Positions 12,526 through 20,610 of a DNA stretch of 64,000 nucleotides are shown here, in pieces. Location: NCBI GenBank assembly GCA_963737265.1, contig CAVTRY010000016.1:256001-320000 (forward strand), written 5' to 3'. The stretch's first letter is position 1, and every line of letters starts with the position of its first letter. Source of the stretch: an uncultured delta proteobacterium. Its GTDB lineage: Bacteria > Myxococcota_A > Polyangia > Fen-1088. Position numbers and translations under genes: made by a program. Under the pieces are notes generated by a model that was given only the letters and a program-made list of their open reading frames with translations, made no database searches and was not told the DNA's origin.

Positions 12526-14024
12526 TTGAAGCCGGTCACCGACGCCCAAGTGAGGCGTTTGATGGAAGAGATGAGCAAGATTGGAAAAGTAGGCCAGGCC
12601 GCCATGAAGGCGGGCATGGACCGGAAGACAGGGCGGCGATACATCGCCGCGGGCAAGCTACCGTCGGAGCTACGGCAGCCGCGGTGGTGGCGGACGCGCC
12701 CTGACGCGTTCGCCGAGGACTGGCCAGCCGTGGCCAAGTTGCTGGAGGAAACGCCTGGGCTGGAGGCTCAGACGGTGCTGGAGCTGCTGGAGGCGAAGCA
12801 GCCAGGGCGGTACAACGAGAGCCATCTTCGGACAATGCAGCGGCGAATCCGTCGCTGGCGGGCCGAGCATGGTCCTGCGCGTGAGATTTGGTTCACGCAG
12901 GCGCATCGGCCCGGTGAAGCCGCGCAAACCGACTTCACGTCGACGGCGGAGCTTGGTGTGACGATCGTGGGCCAGCTATTCGTGCACCTTTTGTGCGTGA
13001 CGGTGCTGCCGTACTCGAACTGGCAATGGGCGACCGCGTGTCTGTCGGAGTCTCTGGCAGCGCTTCGGCGAGGGATCCAGTCGGCGCTGTTCCAGCTTGG
13101 GCGGGTGCCGCGATACCACCAAACCGACCACTCGACGGCGGCGACACATCAGATCGCTCGCGATGCGGAAGATCGCACTTTCAACGATGAATACAAGGCG
13201 GTCATGCGGCACCTCGGAATGGAGCCACGAACTACAGCCGTCGGGGCCAAGGAACAAAACGGCGATGTGGAGGCCAGCAACGGCGCGCTCAAGCGTCGGC
13301 TTGAACAAGCGTTGCTGGTGCGTGGCAGCCGCGACTTCGCGGACCAAGACGACTACGAACGCTTCGTAGCCAAGGTGGTCCGCAAAGCCAACGCTTCGCG
13401 AGGCCCGCGCGTCGCCGAGGAGATCGAAGCCATGCGGCCGCTGGTGGTGGAGCGTTTGCCGGAGTACGCAGAAATGACGGCACCTGTGGCGTCGACGAGC
13501 ACCATCCGGGTCAAGTCGTGCGCCTACTCGGTGCCGTCGAGGCTGATCGGCGCACGGGTGAGAGTCCGCGTGTTCGAGCACCGAATCGAGGTGTACTACG
13601 CCGACAACTTGGAATTGGCCTGCGACAGGCTGCGAGGCAAGACCGCGCGCATCGACTACCGGCACGTCATCTGGTCTTTGGTGCGCAAGCCGGCGCGTTT
13701 TCTCGCTACGTCTACCGAGAAGAGCTGTTTCCAAGCGTGACTTTCAGGCGGGCATACGACGCGATCCAGGCGACCAAGCCTGGAATCAAAGGCGACGTTG
13801 AATACCTGCGCATTCTTCACCTGGCCGCCAGCACGATGGAAGCCGATGTCGAGCAAGCGCTCACGACTCTGCTTGCCGATGGGACCATCTTGACGGCGGA
13901 TGCAACCAAGAAGAGATGCACACAGGCGACGGACAGTACCTATCCACCGAGCGTCCCCGCGCTCGAAGCACCGCTGGTCGATCTCGCGTCCTACGACCTG
14001 CTCCTCGAACAGGTGGCATCATGA
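12526..14024 (+). CDS. istA: IS21 transposase IstA, 1-bp frameshift near 13691
   Basis: PGEAAQTDFT, TDHSTAA, NGDVE, YSVPSRLIG; SLVRKP continues as GAFSRYVYREELFP in another frame. Confidence 0.9.
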
Positions 14025-14869
14025 CCAACGTCTCCGTAGACACGGTCAAGCCGAGCGCGCTCGACGCTCTGCTGGTGCTTCTGCGCGCGCTCAAGCTGCC
14101 TGCCTTCACCCGGCACGCCGAGGAGATCGCGATCAAGGCCAGCCGCGAGGGGTGGACCTTCAGCCAATACCTCCAGCACCTGGCCGAACTGGAAATCGAA
14201 GAGCGCCGAACCCGTCGCATCGATCGCGCGCTTCGCGATTCGGACCTTCCCACGGAGAAAACCCTGGCCACCCTGGAACGTGGTCGGCTGTCACCCAAGG
14301 TGATGAAGCAGATGGCGAGCCTGTGTGAGGGTGGCTTTGTCGAACGTGGGGAGAACCTGCTCGTCTTCGGACTGCCCGGCCGAGGCAAAAGTCACGTTGT
14401 GGCTGCCATCGGCCACGAACTCATCCGGCGCGGCTACCGGGTCCTCTTCACGCCGACCTTCGCGCTTGTCCAGAGGCTGCTGGCCGCCAAGCGCGACCTT
14501 CGCCTGGAACGAGAACTGGCCGCGCTCGACATCTATCACGCCGTGATCCTCGACGACATCGGCTACGTCCAGCAGAGCCGCGATGAAATGGAGGTCCTTT
14601 TCACCTTCCTGGCCGAGCGGTACGAACGCAAGAGCGTCCTCATCACCAGCAACCTGGTCTTCAGCGATTGGATCCGCATTTTCAAGGATCCCATGACCAC
14701 CGCCGCCGCCATCGACCGACTGGTCCACCACGCGGTCATCCTTGAGATGACCGGCCCCAGCTACCGCAGCGAAGAAGCACGAAAGAGAGGCGTCACCACC
14801 CCAGCGACAACTACGACAACTACCGATCAACCAACGACAACTACCCCCGACAACAATGGGGCGATGTAA
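14021..14869 (+). CDS. istB: IS21 helper ATPase IstB
   Basis: GLPGRGKSH Walker A, ILDDIGY, ITSNLVFSDW, AAIDRLVHHA. Confidence 0.95.
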   Translation: MTNVSVDTVKPSALDALLVLLRALKLPAFTRHAEEIAIKASREGWTFSQYLQHLAELEIEERRTRRIDRALRDSDLPTEKTLATLERGRLSPKVMKQMASLCEGGFVERGENLLVFGLPGRGKSHVVAAIGHELIRRGYRVLFTPTFALVQRLLAAKRDLRLERELAALDIYHAVILDDIGYVQQSRDEMEVLFTFLAERYERKSVLITSNLVFSDWIRIFKDPMTTAAAIDRLVHHAVILEMTGPSYRSEEARKRGVTTPATTTTTTDQPTTTTPDNNGAM

Positions 14870-15019
14870 TTGACGTCACCGGGTGAATGTAGTTGACGTC
14901 CAGCACCTCGTCGGGACGCAGGAAGAAGCGCCGCTCGGAACAACGGCGCGTAATCATGTAGTCGGCACCCGGAAGCACCTGGCGTGGAAGGCTCATGCCG
15001 GGGTATCGGTCAGGGTGCC

Positions 15020-15258
15020 AGAGAAGTTGCTTCGAGAACTACCCTCGGTTCGGATCACCGATCACCCGCGGGCTTCGAGAATTACCCTCGGTTCGGATCA
15101 CCCGGAGAAGTTGCTTCGAGAATTACCCTCGGTTCGGATCACCAGCGGAATTACCCTCGGTTCGCACCCGAGAAGTTGCTTCGAGAATTACCCTCGGTTC
15201 GGATCACCAGACGAGACGGTTCGGATCACCAGAATTGTTCGGATCACCAGAATTACCC
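15020..15258 (+). repeat. Irregular tandem array of (GAGAAGTTGCTTCGAG)AA(C/T)TACCCTCGGTTCGGATCACC
   Basis: Five near-full copies plus stubs, most ending GGATCACC; mirror image of the 10558-11329 array. Confidence 0.9.
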
Positions 15259-15289
15259 GAAACCATCGATCAGGAACCGCCCGCAGTGA

Positions 15290-15390
15290 GCGTCCCGAGG
15301 CGCGCAGGAGACTTGACATGTCGTAGCTGTCGATGGCGTCGTAGGTGCCGATCATCAAGAGCACGATGTGGGGCGTGTACTCCGGCACGA
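15290..15390 (-). pseudogene. Possible SGNH/GDSL hydrolase fragment
   Basis: YTPHIVLLMIGTYD resembles SGNH block III (PDxVxxxxGTND); rest of the gene absent. Confidence 0.4.
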
Positions 15391-15448
15391 CGCTGCCTGT
15401 GGACGATAATGGCGGCCAAGCACCAGGTCGGCGCGGGCCTTGTCAATG

Positions 15449-15931
15449 TCACTTTGGCGAGCGGCTGCCCGAGGTCGAGATGCGCTCGAGGCTCTTGAGG
15501 TCGGCGAGATCCTGGTCTCGGCCGGATGCACGTTTGTTCTTAAGCAATGCCAACCGACCGATGATGGGAATGGTGCGACCGTCGATCTCGATGCTGGCAC
15601 CATCCGCCATCGCCTCGTCGAAGGTGATGCCGTCGACGCGGTTGATGATGTCGATGCGCAGCGGTGGAACCCCGATCTGCAGCACGCCGTCGTAGCTGGC
15701 GAAGTCGCCTTCGCTTACTTCGAAAGCGGACAGCGACGCGCCGAAGGCCCCCAAAGCACGATAGACCAGCGCCGCATTGCCGCTGGTCGCCCGTACCAAG
15801 ACATCCAGATCCTTCGTGGCCCTGGGATGTCCGTGGAAAGCGACGGCGTGCCCGCCGACCACCACGAACTCGGCGCCTGCGTCGCAGAGGGCGAGCAGGA
15901 GATCGCGAAAGTCGTCGGGAAGGTCGATCAT
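15449..15931 (-). CDS. Nucleotidyltransferase-fold protein (DUF6036-like)
   Basis: VVGGHAVAFHGHPRATKDLD, RIDII, LLKNKRASGRDQDLADL. Confidence 0.8.
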   Translation of the reverse strand: MIDLPDDFRDLLLALCDAGAEFVVVGGHAVAFHGHPRATKDLDVLVRATSGNAALVYRALGAFGASLSAFEVSEGDFASYDGVLQIGVPPLRIDIINRVDGITFDEAMADGASIEIDGRTIPIIGRLALLKNKRASGRDQDLADLKSLERISTSGSRSPK

Positions 15932-16152
15932 GTCGCTCGCCTGCGGACGAACCTGCAAGGGATCTGCGCGCGTGCGTAGACGGGCAGCGCATGCCCCGCA
16001 AGGCTGTAGCTTATCCGCGTGAGCCGGTGGACCAATGAAACAGCCTCTGCGCCGAACACCGGGGTGAAGTCAACCTCAGGGTCGCCGAGGTGAGCCTTGC
16101 GCAGGGTCATTCGCGCCCGTCTCGCTTGCGACCGTCTTTCGGCGTCCGTCAT
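15928..16152 (-). CDS. Small hypothetical protein coupled to the nucleotidyltransferase
   Basis: 74 aa; ATGA overlap with the downstream gene. Confidence 0.65.
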   Translation of the reverse strand: MTDAERRSQARRARMTLRKAHLGDPEVDFTPVFGAEAVSLVHRLTRISYSLAGHALPVYARAQIPCRFVRRRAT

Positions 16153-16339
16153 GTGCCAATCCCCACGCCGCCAGAATAGCGTCTTTGCGAGCGGACGCCA
16201 AACATCCGCAGCCGGCCACCCGTAGCCGGCGGCACCGTTTCCACCGAGGTCAGCGTGGGCGAGCGAGGGAGCGGCTGCGCGCCGGTCGCCTTGACGCCGG
16301 CCACGCCTTTGTCTTGGGCGCGGCCCGTAGCGCTCGCCG

Positions 16340-16429
16340 CTAGCTGGCCAGCTTCGCGATCAAGTCGCCGACCTCGCGCGTGCCCGTACCCATCTTGCCG
16401 GCGGAGAGACTCTTGATCTTGATGCCCGT
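16340..16429 (-). pseudogene. 3' remnant of an isopropylmalate/isocitrate dehydrogenase-like gene
   Basis: TGIKIKSLSAGKMGTGTREVGDLIAKLAS* resembles the LeuB-family C-terminus; 5' side replaced by CCCGTTCCTATCC repeats. Confidence 0.55.
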
Positions 16430-16448
16430 TCCTATCCCCCGTTCCTAT

Positions 16449-16541
16449 CCGAGGGTACTTTTGAGGACGGATGAGATCCCTCAAATAGCAGGAACCATGT
16501 CCGGCTTCCGGGCGCGAGGGCTGGCGCTCAACTACCCTCGG
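16449..16541. mobile_element. 93-bp miniature inverted-repeat element, copy A
   Basis: CCGAGGGTA...TACCCTCGG ends; near-identical to 17876-17968 and 18166-18255. Confidence 0.75.
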
Positions 16542-16575
16542 TGAGGAATCGGAGATACCCTCGGTTCGGATCACC

Positions 16576-17850
16576 TACGAAGTGGTCGAGAAGGTGGCCC
16601 GCCGATGTGGCTTTCTCAAGCGTCGCCGCGATGTCGCGCCCGCGGCGCTTCTGGTAGCGTGCATTTCGGCCCTGGGCGCGGGCGCCGCCATGTGGCTTGC
16701 CGATATCCTGCGCGCGTTCAACGCCTTTACCGGGAAAGCCGTTCGCTACAAGCCGTTCCACAACCAGATCAGCAAGCCGAAGTTTCCCGACTTCGTACGC
16801 GCGATTCTGGAGGAGTTGCTGGCAAAGCTCACCGCGCCCGTGCTCGAGGGGTTACCGAAGAGCAAGCTGGCCCAGTTCGAGGAAATTGTGGCCCACGACG
16901 GAACCTCGTTTGCCCTCAAGAACACCCTCGCGAAGAAGTGGCCGGGGCGCTTCAAGAAGCTGACACCGGCTGCAGTAGAACTCCACGTCACGATGAGTGT
17001 CCTCAGCGACAACCCGGTCGCGATTACCTTGGCTCCGGACAGGGAGGCTGAGCGCCCGTTCCCTCCCAAGGCGGCTTCCCTCAAGAACCGCCTGCTGCTT
17101 GAGGACCGTGGATACCAGGAGCGAGAGTTCTTCGTCGCCGTACAAGACGCCGACGGTTCCTTCATAGTCCGTGGCACAAAGTGCATCCGGCCGACAATCC
17201 GGACCGCTCGCGATAGCCAGGGCTGTCGTCTCCGTCACCTTGAAGGAAGACGCCTCTCGTGGTCCCTGCTCCCCCGTCATGACGTCGACCTCGAAATCGA
17301 TTGGAAGCGCGACTCGGGCAGGACCTACAGCGGTCGTCTTGTCGTCATCTATGCCGAAGGAAAGCGGAACCAGGCGTCCTTCGTCTACCTGCACACGAAC
17401 TTGCCCCGTGAGACTTTCTCCGCGCACGACGTGGGGCAGATCTACAGGCTAAGGTTCTACAGGCTAAGGGGCAAGTCGAGCTGCTGTTCAAAGAATGGAA
17501 ATCCCGCTCAAACCTCCACAAATTCGACACCGGCAAGGCCCCCATCGCCGAGGGCTTGATCTGGGCCAGCCTCCTCGCAGCTACGCTCAGGCGCTGCATC
17601 ACCCACGCGGCCGAGCGTGCGTGCGGCATCCCGCTGTCCACACAGCGCGCAGCCCGTTTCGCCAAGCACTTCCTCGACGCAATCCTGGCTGCCGTCCTTG
17701 AATGCAGCACGAGCCTCTTCGACGACATACGCGCCGCCTTCGCTTTCCTCGTTGGCAACGCGCTTCGGGCACATCCGAAGCGCGACCGAAAAACCGGACG
17801 CCTCGCCGCGGGACTTCGCCATGTGGCCGTCGCCTAAGTACCTACGTATG
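16576..17850 (+). pseudogene. IS4 family transposase, 5'-truncated and frameshifted
   Basis: HDGTSFAL, PAAVELHVT, DRGY, HTNL; YRLR(W)QVELLFKEWKS motif broken by a 14-bp duplication at 17441-17469. Confidence 0.85.
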
Positions 17851-17875
17851 AAGACATCCTATCCCCCGTTCCTAT

Positions 17876-17968
17876 CCGAGGGTACTTTTGAGGACGGATG
17901 AGATCCCTCAAATAGCAGGAACCATGTCCGACTTCCGGGCGCGAGGGCTGGCGCTCAACTACCCTCGG
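17876..17968. mobile_element. 93-bp miniature inverted-repeat element, copy B
   Basis: Same as copy A apart from one visible substitution; same flanking stubs. Confidence 0.75.
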
Positions 17969-18165
17969 TGAGGAATCGAGGAATCGGAGAATTACCCTCG
18001 GTTCGGATCACTCCGACCTCAGGGAATTACCCTCGGTTAGGCTTTCACCGGTTAGGTTAGGCTTTCACCGGTTAGACTTTCACCTCCGCGGTTAGGCTTT
18101 CACCTCCGGTTAGGTTTTCCACCGTACACAGGGAATTACCCTCGGTTAGGCTTTCAAGGCTTTCA
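17969..18165 (+). repeat. Array of end-motif variants (TACCCTCGG-TTCGGATCAC and GGTTAGGCTTTCACC)
   Basis: GGTTAGGCTTTCACC-like unit repeated about six times between copies B and C. Confidence 0.85.
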
Positions 18166-18341
18166 AGGGTACTTTTGATGACGGATGAGATCCCTCAAAT
18201 AGCAGGAACCATGTCCGACTTCCGGGCGCGAGGGCTGGCGCTCAACTACCCTCGGTGAGGAATCGAGGAATCGGAGAATTACCCTCGGTTCGGATCACTC
18301 GGAGCGGATCACTCGGAGAATTACCCTCGGTTCGGATCACT
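18166..18341. mobile_element. Miniature element copy C (left end clipped) plus reiterated right ends
   Basis: AGGGTACTTTTGATG...CTCAACTACCCTCGG, then two more AATTACCCTCGGTTCGGATCACTC units. Confidence 0.72.
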
Positions 18342-18535
18342 CCCCGAAGGGGGCAGCGCGGCCGTTGACCTCCGTTCCCGGAAGATTCGTTCCGGCGCAA
18401 ACCCGCTGAGGCCGAGCGAAGCAAGCGATGGGCAGGGTGGGAGGCGGGGCCGAAGCCGGGCGTCCACTCTCCCGAATGCCCGCACGGCATCAACCTTTCC
18501 GTCACAACGGCGATTGTCGTTGTATGATTGTGCCA

Positions 18536-19513
18536 ATGAGCCGGCTTATGGCGGCCGAACAAGTCAAGAGCGTGGCCGAAACCATAGACCGGCTGGAGCG
18601 CAACGTTGCGCGCGTTATCCGGGGCAAGCCGGAGGCGATCCGCAACTGCGTGCTGGCACTGCTGGCGCGCGGGCACCTGCTGGTCGAGGATGTCCCCGGC
18701 GTTGGCAAGACCACGCTGGCGCGCGCCCTGGCCGCATCCATCGGCGGCACCTTTCACCGCATCCAATTCACCAGCGACCTTTTGCCGTCGGACATCATCG
18801 GCGTGTCCGTCCTGGTCAACGGCACCGGAAGCTTTGACTTCAAGCCCGGGCCGCTGTTCGCCAACGTCGTGCTCGCCGACGAAATCAACCGCACCACGCC
18901 GCGCACGCAAAGCGCGTTGCTGGAGGCGATGAACGACAACCAGATCACCGTCGACGGCACGAGCTACCCGCTCGAACAGCCCTTCTTGGTCGTCGCCACG
19001 CAAAACCCCGAGGAACACTACGGCACCTATCCCCTGCCCGAGTCGCAGATGGATCGCTTCGCCCTGCGCATCCGGCTCGACTATCCCTCGGCCGCGGATG
19101 AAAAGGCGCTCCTCCTCGAAGCGCCGGTTCTCGCCGAGGAAGCGCTGGCGAAAGTGCAAGCCGCGTTGTCGCTGGGCGAAATCGTGGCCCTGCAAGAGGC
19201 CGCCGCGCGCGTACACCTGTCGCCCGAGCTGGCTGGCTACATCGTCGACGTGGCGCACGAAACCAGGCGTTCGCCCTTTCTGTCGCTCGGCATCTCGCCG
19301 CGCGGGGAGCTCGCCTGGCGCAATCTCGCGCGCGCTGCCGCGCTGGCCGCGGGTCGCGAATTCGTGCTGCCCGACGACCTCAAAAACCTGGCGCTGCCGG
19401 CCCTCGCCCATCGCCTGGTCCTCGTCACCCAACTCGATTCCACCGGGCGCGCACGCGAGGAGGCCGAGCGAATCGTCACCGACATTCTCAGCCGCGTGCC
19501 GGTGCCGGGCTAG
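18536..19513 (+). CDS. MoxR family AAA+ ATPase
   Basis: EDVPGVGKTT, RIQFTSDLLPSD, LADEINR, ATQNP, YPLPESQMDRF. Confidence 0.93.
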   Translation: MSRLMAAEQVKSVAETIDRLERNVARVIRGKPEAIRNCVLALLARGHLLVEDVPGVGKTTLARALAASIGGTFHRIQFTSDLLPSDIIGVSVLVNGTGSFDFKPGPLFANVVLADEINRTTPRTQSALLEAMNDNQITVDGTSYPLEQPFLVVATQNPEEHYGTYPLPESQMDRFALRIRLDYPSAADEKALLLEAPVLAEEALAKVQAALSLGEIVALQEAAARVHLSPELAGYIVDVAHETRRSPFLSLGISPRGELAWRNLARAAALAAGREFVLPDDLKNLALPALAHRLVLVTQLDSTGRAREEAERIVTDILSRVPVPG

Positions 19514-19530
19514 ACGGAGCCATCGTCATC

Positions 19531-20610
19531 GTGCTTGGCCTGCGCGCGCGCTTCCGGCGTTGGTTCCGACCGCCCCGCAAGTTCCGCCTGACCCGCGAAG
19601 GCAAGTGGTTCATCGCCGCCACGCTGGTACTGGGATTCGCTGCGGTCAACGGCGGCATCAATCTACTGTTCCTCATCTTCGGCATGCTGCTGTGCCTGCT
19701 GGTGGCCAACGGCGTGCTGGCGGAAGCTTGCATGCGTCATCTGGATGTGCGGCGGCAGCTGCCCTTCGCCATACACGCCGGCAGCCCCTTTCTCATGGGG
19801 ATTGCCGTACGCAACCGCAAAGCTCGCCTTCCCGCCTTTTCCCTCGAAGTCGAGGATTTGACCACGGACCACAAACCAGTGGAACGTCGCTGCTTCTTCC
19901 TGAAAATTCCCGCCCATCGCCGCCAGGAAACCTCGTACCGGCGGACGCTGTCGCGGCGAGGAATCCATCGTTTGACCGGAATGCGACTTTCCACCCGTTT
20001 TCCCTTCGGGCTTCTTCGTCGCTCCATCGACGTCGACTCGCCCGCCGACCTGCTGGTCTACCCGGCGCTGGTCCCGGTTTCCGATCTCACGCTGCGCACG
20101 GGGCTCGCACATCTGGGCGACGAACAACACGCGGCACGCGGCCGCAGCGGGGATTTTCATGGTTTGCGCGAGTCGCGGCCAGGCGACGATCCCCGCGACA
20201 TTCACTGGCGAACTTCCGCGCGGCGCGGTCGCGCCTTCGTGCGCGAGTTCGAGGAAGAATCGGGACGCACGGTGGTCGTCGTCCTCAACACCCTGGGCGA
20301 GATCGAAGACGGCGCCGAGTTCGAGGCCGCCGTCTCCTACGCCGCGTCGCTGGCCCTCTTGCTGCTGCGGCGAGGATTGCGGGTTGGCCTCGTCGCCGGT
20401 GCCAGCCTCGTCGCGCCGGACGCGGGCACCGCCCAGGCCGGACAGATCCTGCGCTGCCTGGCGATGGTCGAAAGGTCGGCCGAAGCAGTGCTCGACGGCG
20501 AGCAACGAATTCGGACGTGGCAAGGCGCGACCCTGCTCACCGTGACGCCGGCACCCGGCAAGCCAGGCATCGAGGCGAGCACGAGGGCCGCCGCAGGGAG
20601 GTGCGCGTGA
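19531..20610 (+). CDS. DUF58 domain protein
   Basis: N-terminal TM pair, TRFPFGL, FHGLRE..PGDD.RDIHWR.SAR. Confidence 0.9.
   Translation: MLGLRARFRRWFRPPRKFRLTREGKWFIAATLVLGFAAVNGGINLLFLIFGMLLCLLVANGVLAEACMRHLDVRRQLPFAIHAGSPFLMGIAVRNRKARLPAFSLEVEDLTTDHKPVERRCFFLKIPAHRRQETSYRRTLSRRGIHRLTGMRLSTRFPFGLLRRSIDVDSPADLLVYPALVPVSDLTLRTGLAHLGDEQHAARGRSGDFHGLRESRPGDDPRDIHWRTSARRGRAFVREFEEESGRTVVVVLNTLGEIEDGAEFEAAVSYAASLALLLLRRGLRVGLVAGASLVAPDAGTAQAGQILRCLAMVERSAEAVLDGEQRIRTWQGATLLTVTPAPGKPGIEASTRAAAGRCA

Larger units (their letters stand above)
12414..14905 (+). mobile_element. IS21 family insertion sequence, 2,492 bp
   Basis: Ends TGCTGAGCGACAATTACAT and (rc) TGCTGGACGTCAACTACAT with reiterated subterminal copies; CCTCGT duplicated at 12408-12413 and 14906-14911; istA-istB inside. 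Confidence 0.93.
11548..14996 (-). pseudogene. REP-associated tyrosine (IS200-like Y1) transposase, split by IS21, with an in-frame TAG at 11998-12000
   Basis: MSLPRQVLPGADYMITRRCSERRFFLRPDE (14996-14907) joins in frame to DTNNAFVYCLA...AMSNHYH (HUH)...YAYANP...EEWPG, then FPFGTYWMRR near the end. Confidence 0.85.
11306..15059 (-). mobile_element. Y1-HUH (RAYT-like) element bounded by inverted ends, ~1.26 kb once the IS21 is removed
   Basis: Left end CAGATCCCCGACCGACGGTAGTT; right end reverse complement GGTGATCCGAACCGAGGGTAGTT; one transposase gene between them. Confidence 0.65.

Noticed and set aside
14800-14850. CAACTAC repeats at the istB 3' end resembling the Y1 end motif
   Set aside because: They encode a Thr-rich tail and lack the TCGG part of the core; probably coincidental
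14883-15498. ORFs with ELPSVRIT / NYPRFGS repeats
   Set aside because: Translations of the right-hand array
19098-20606. N-terminal 500 aa of the 1267-aa ORF
   Set aside because: Arg-rich shadow frame overlapping the moxR and DUF58 genes; real start is the GTG at 20607
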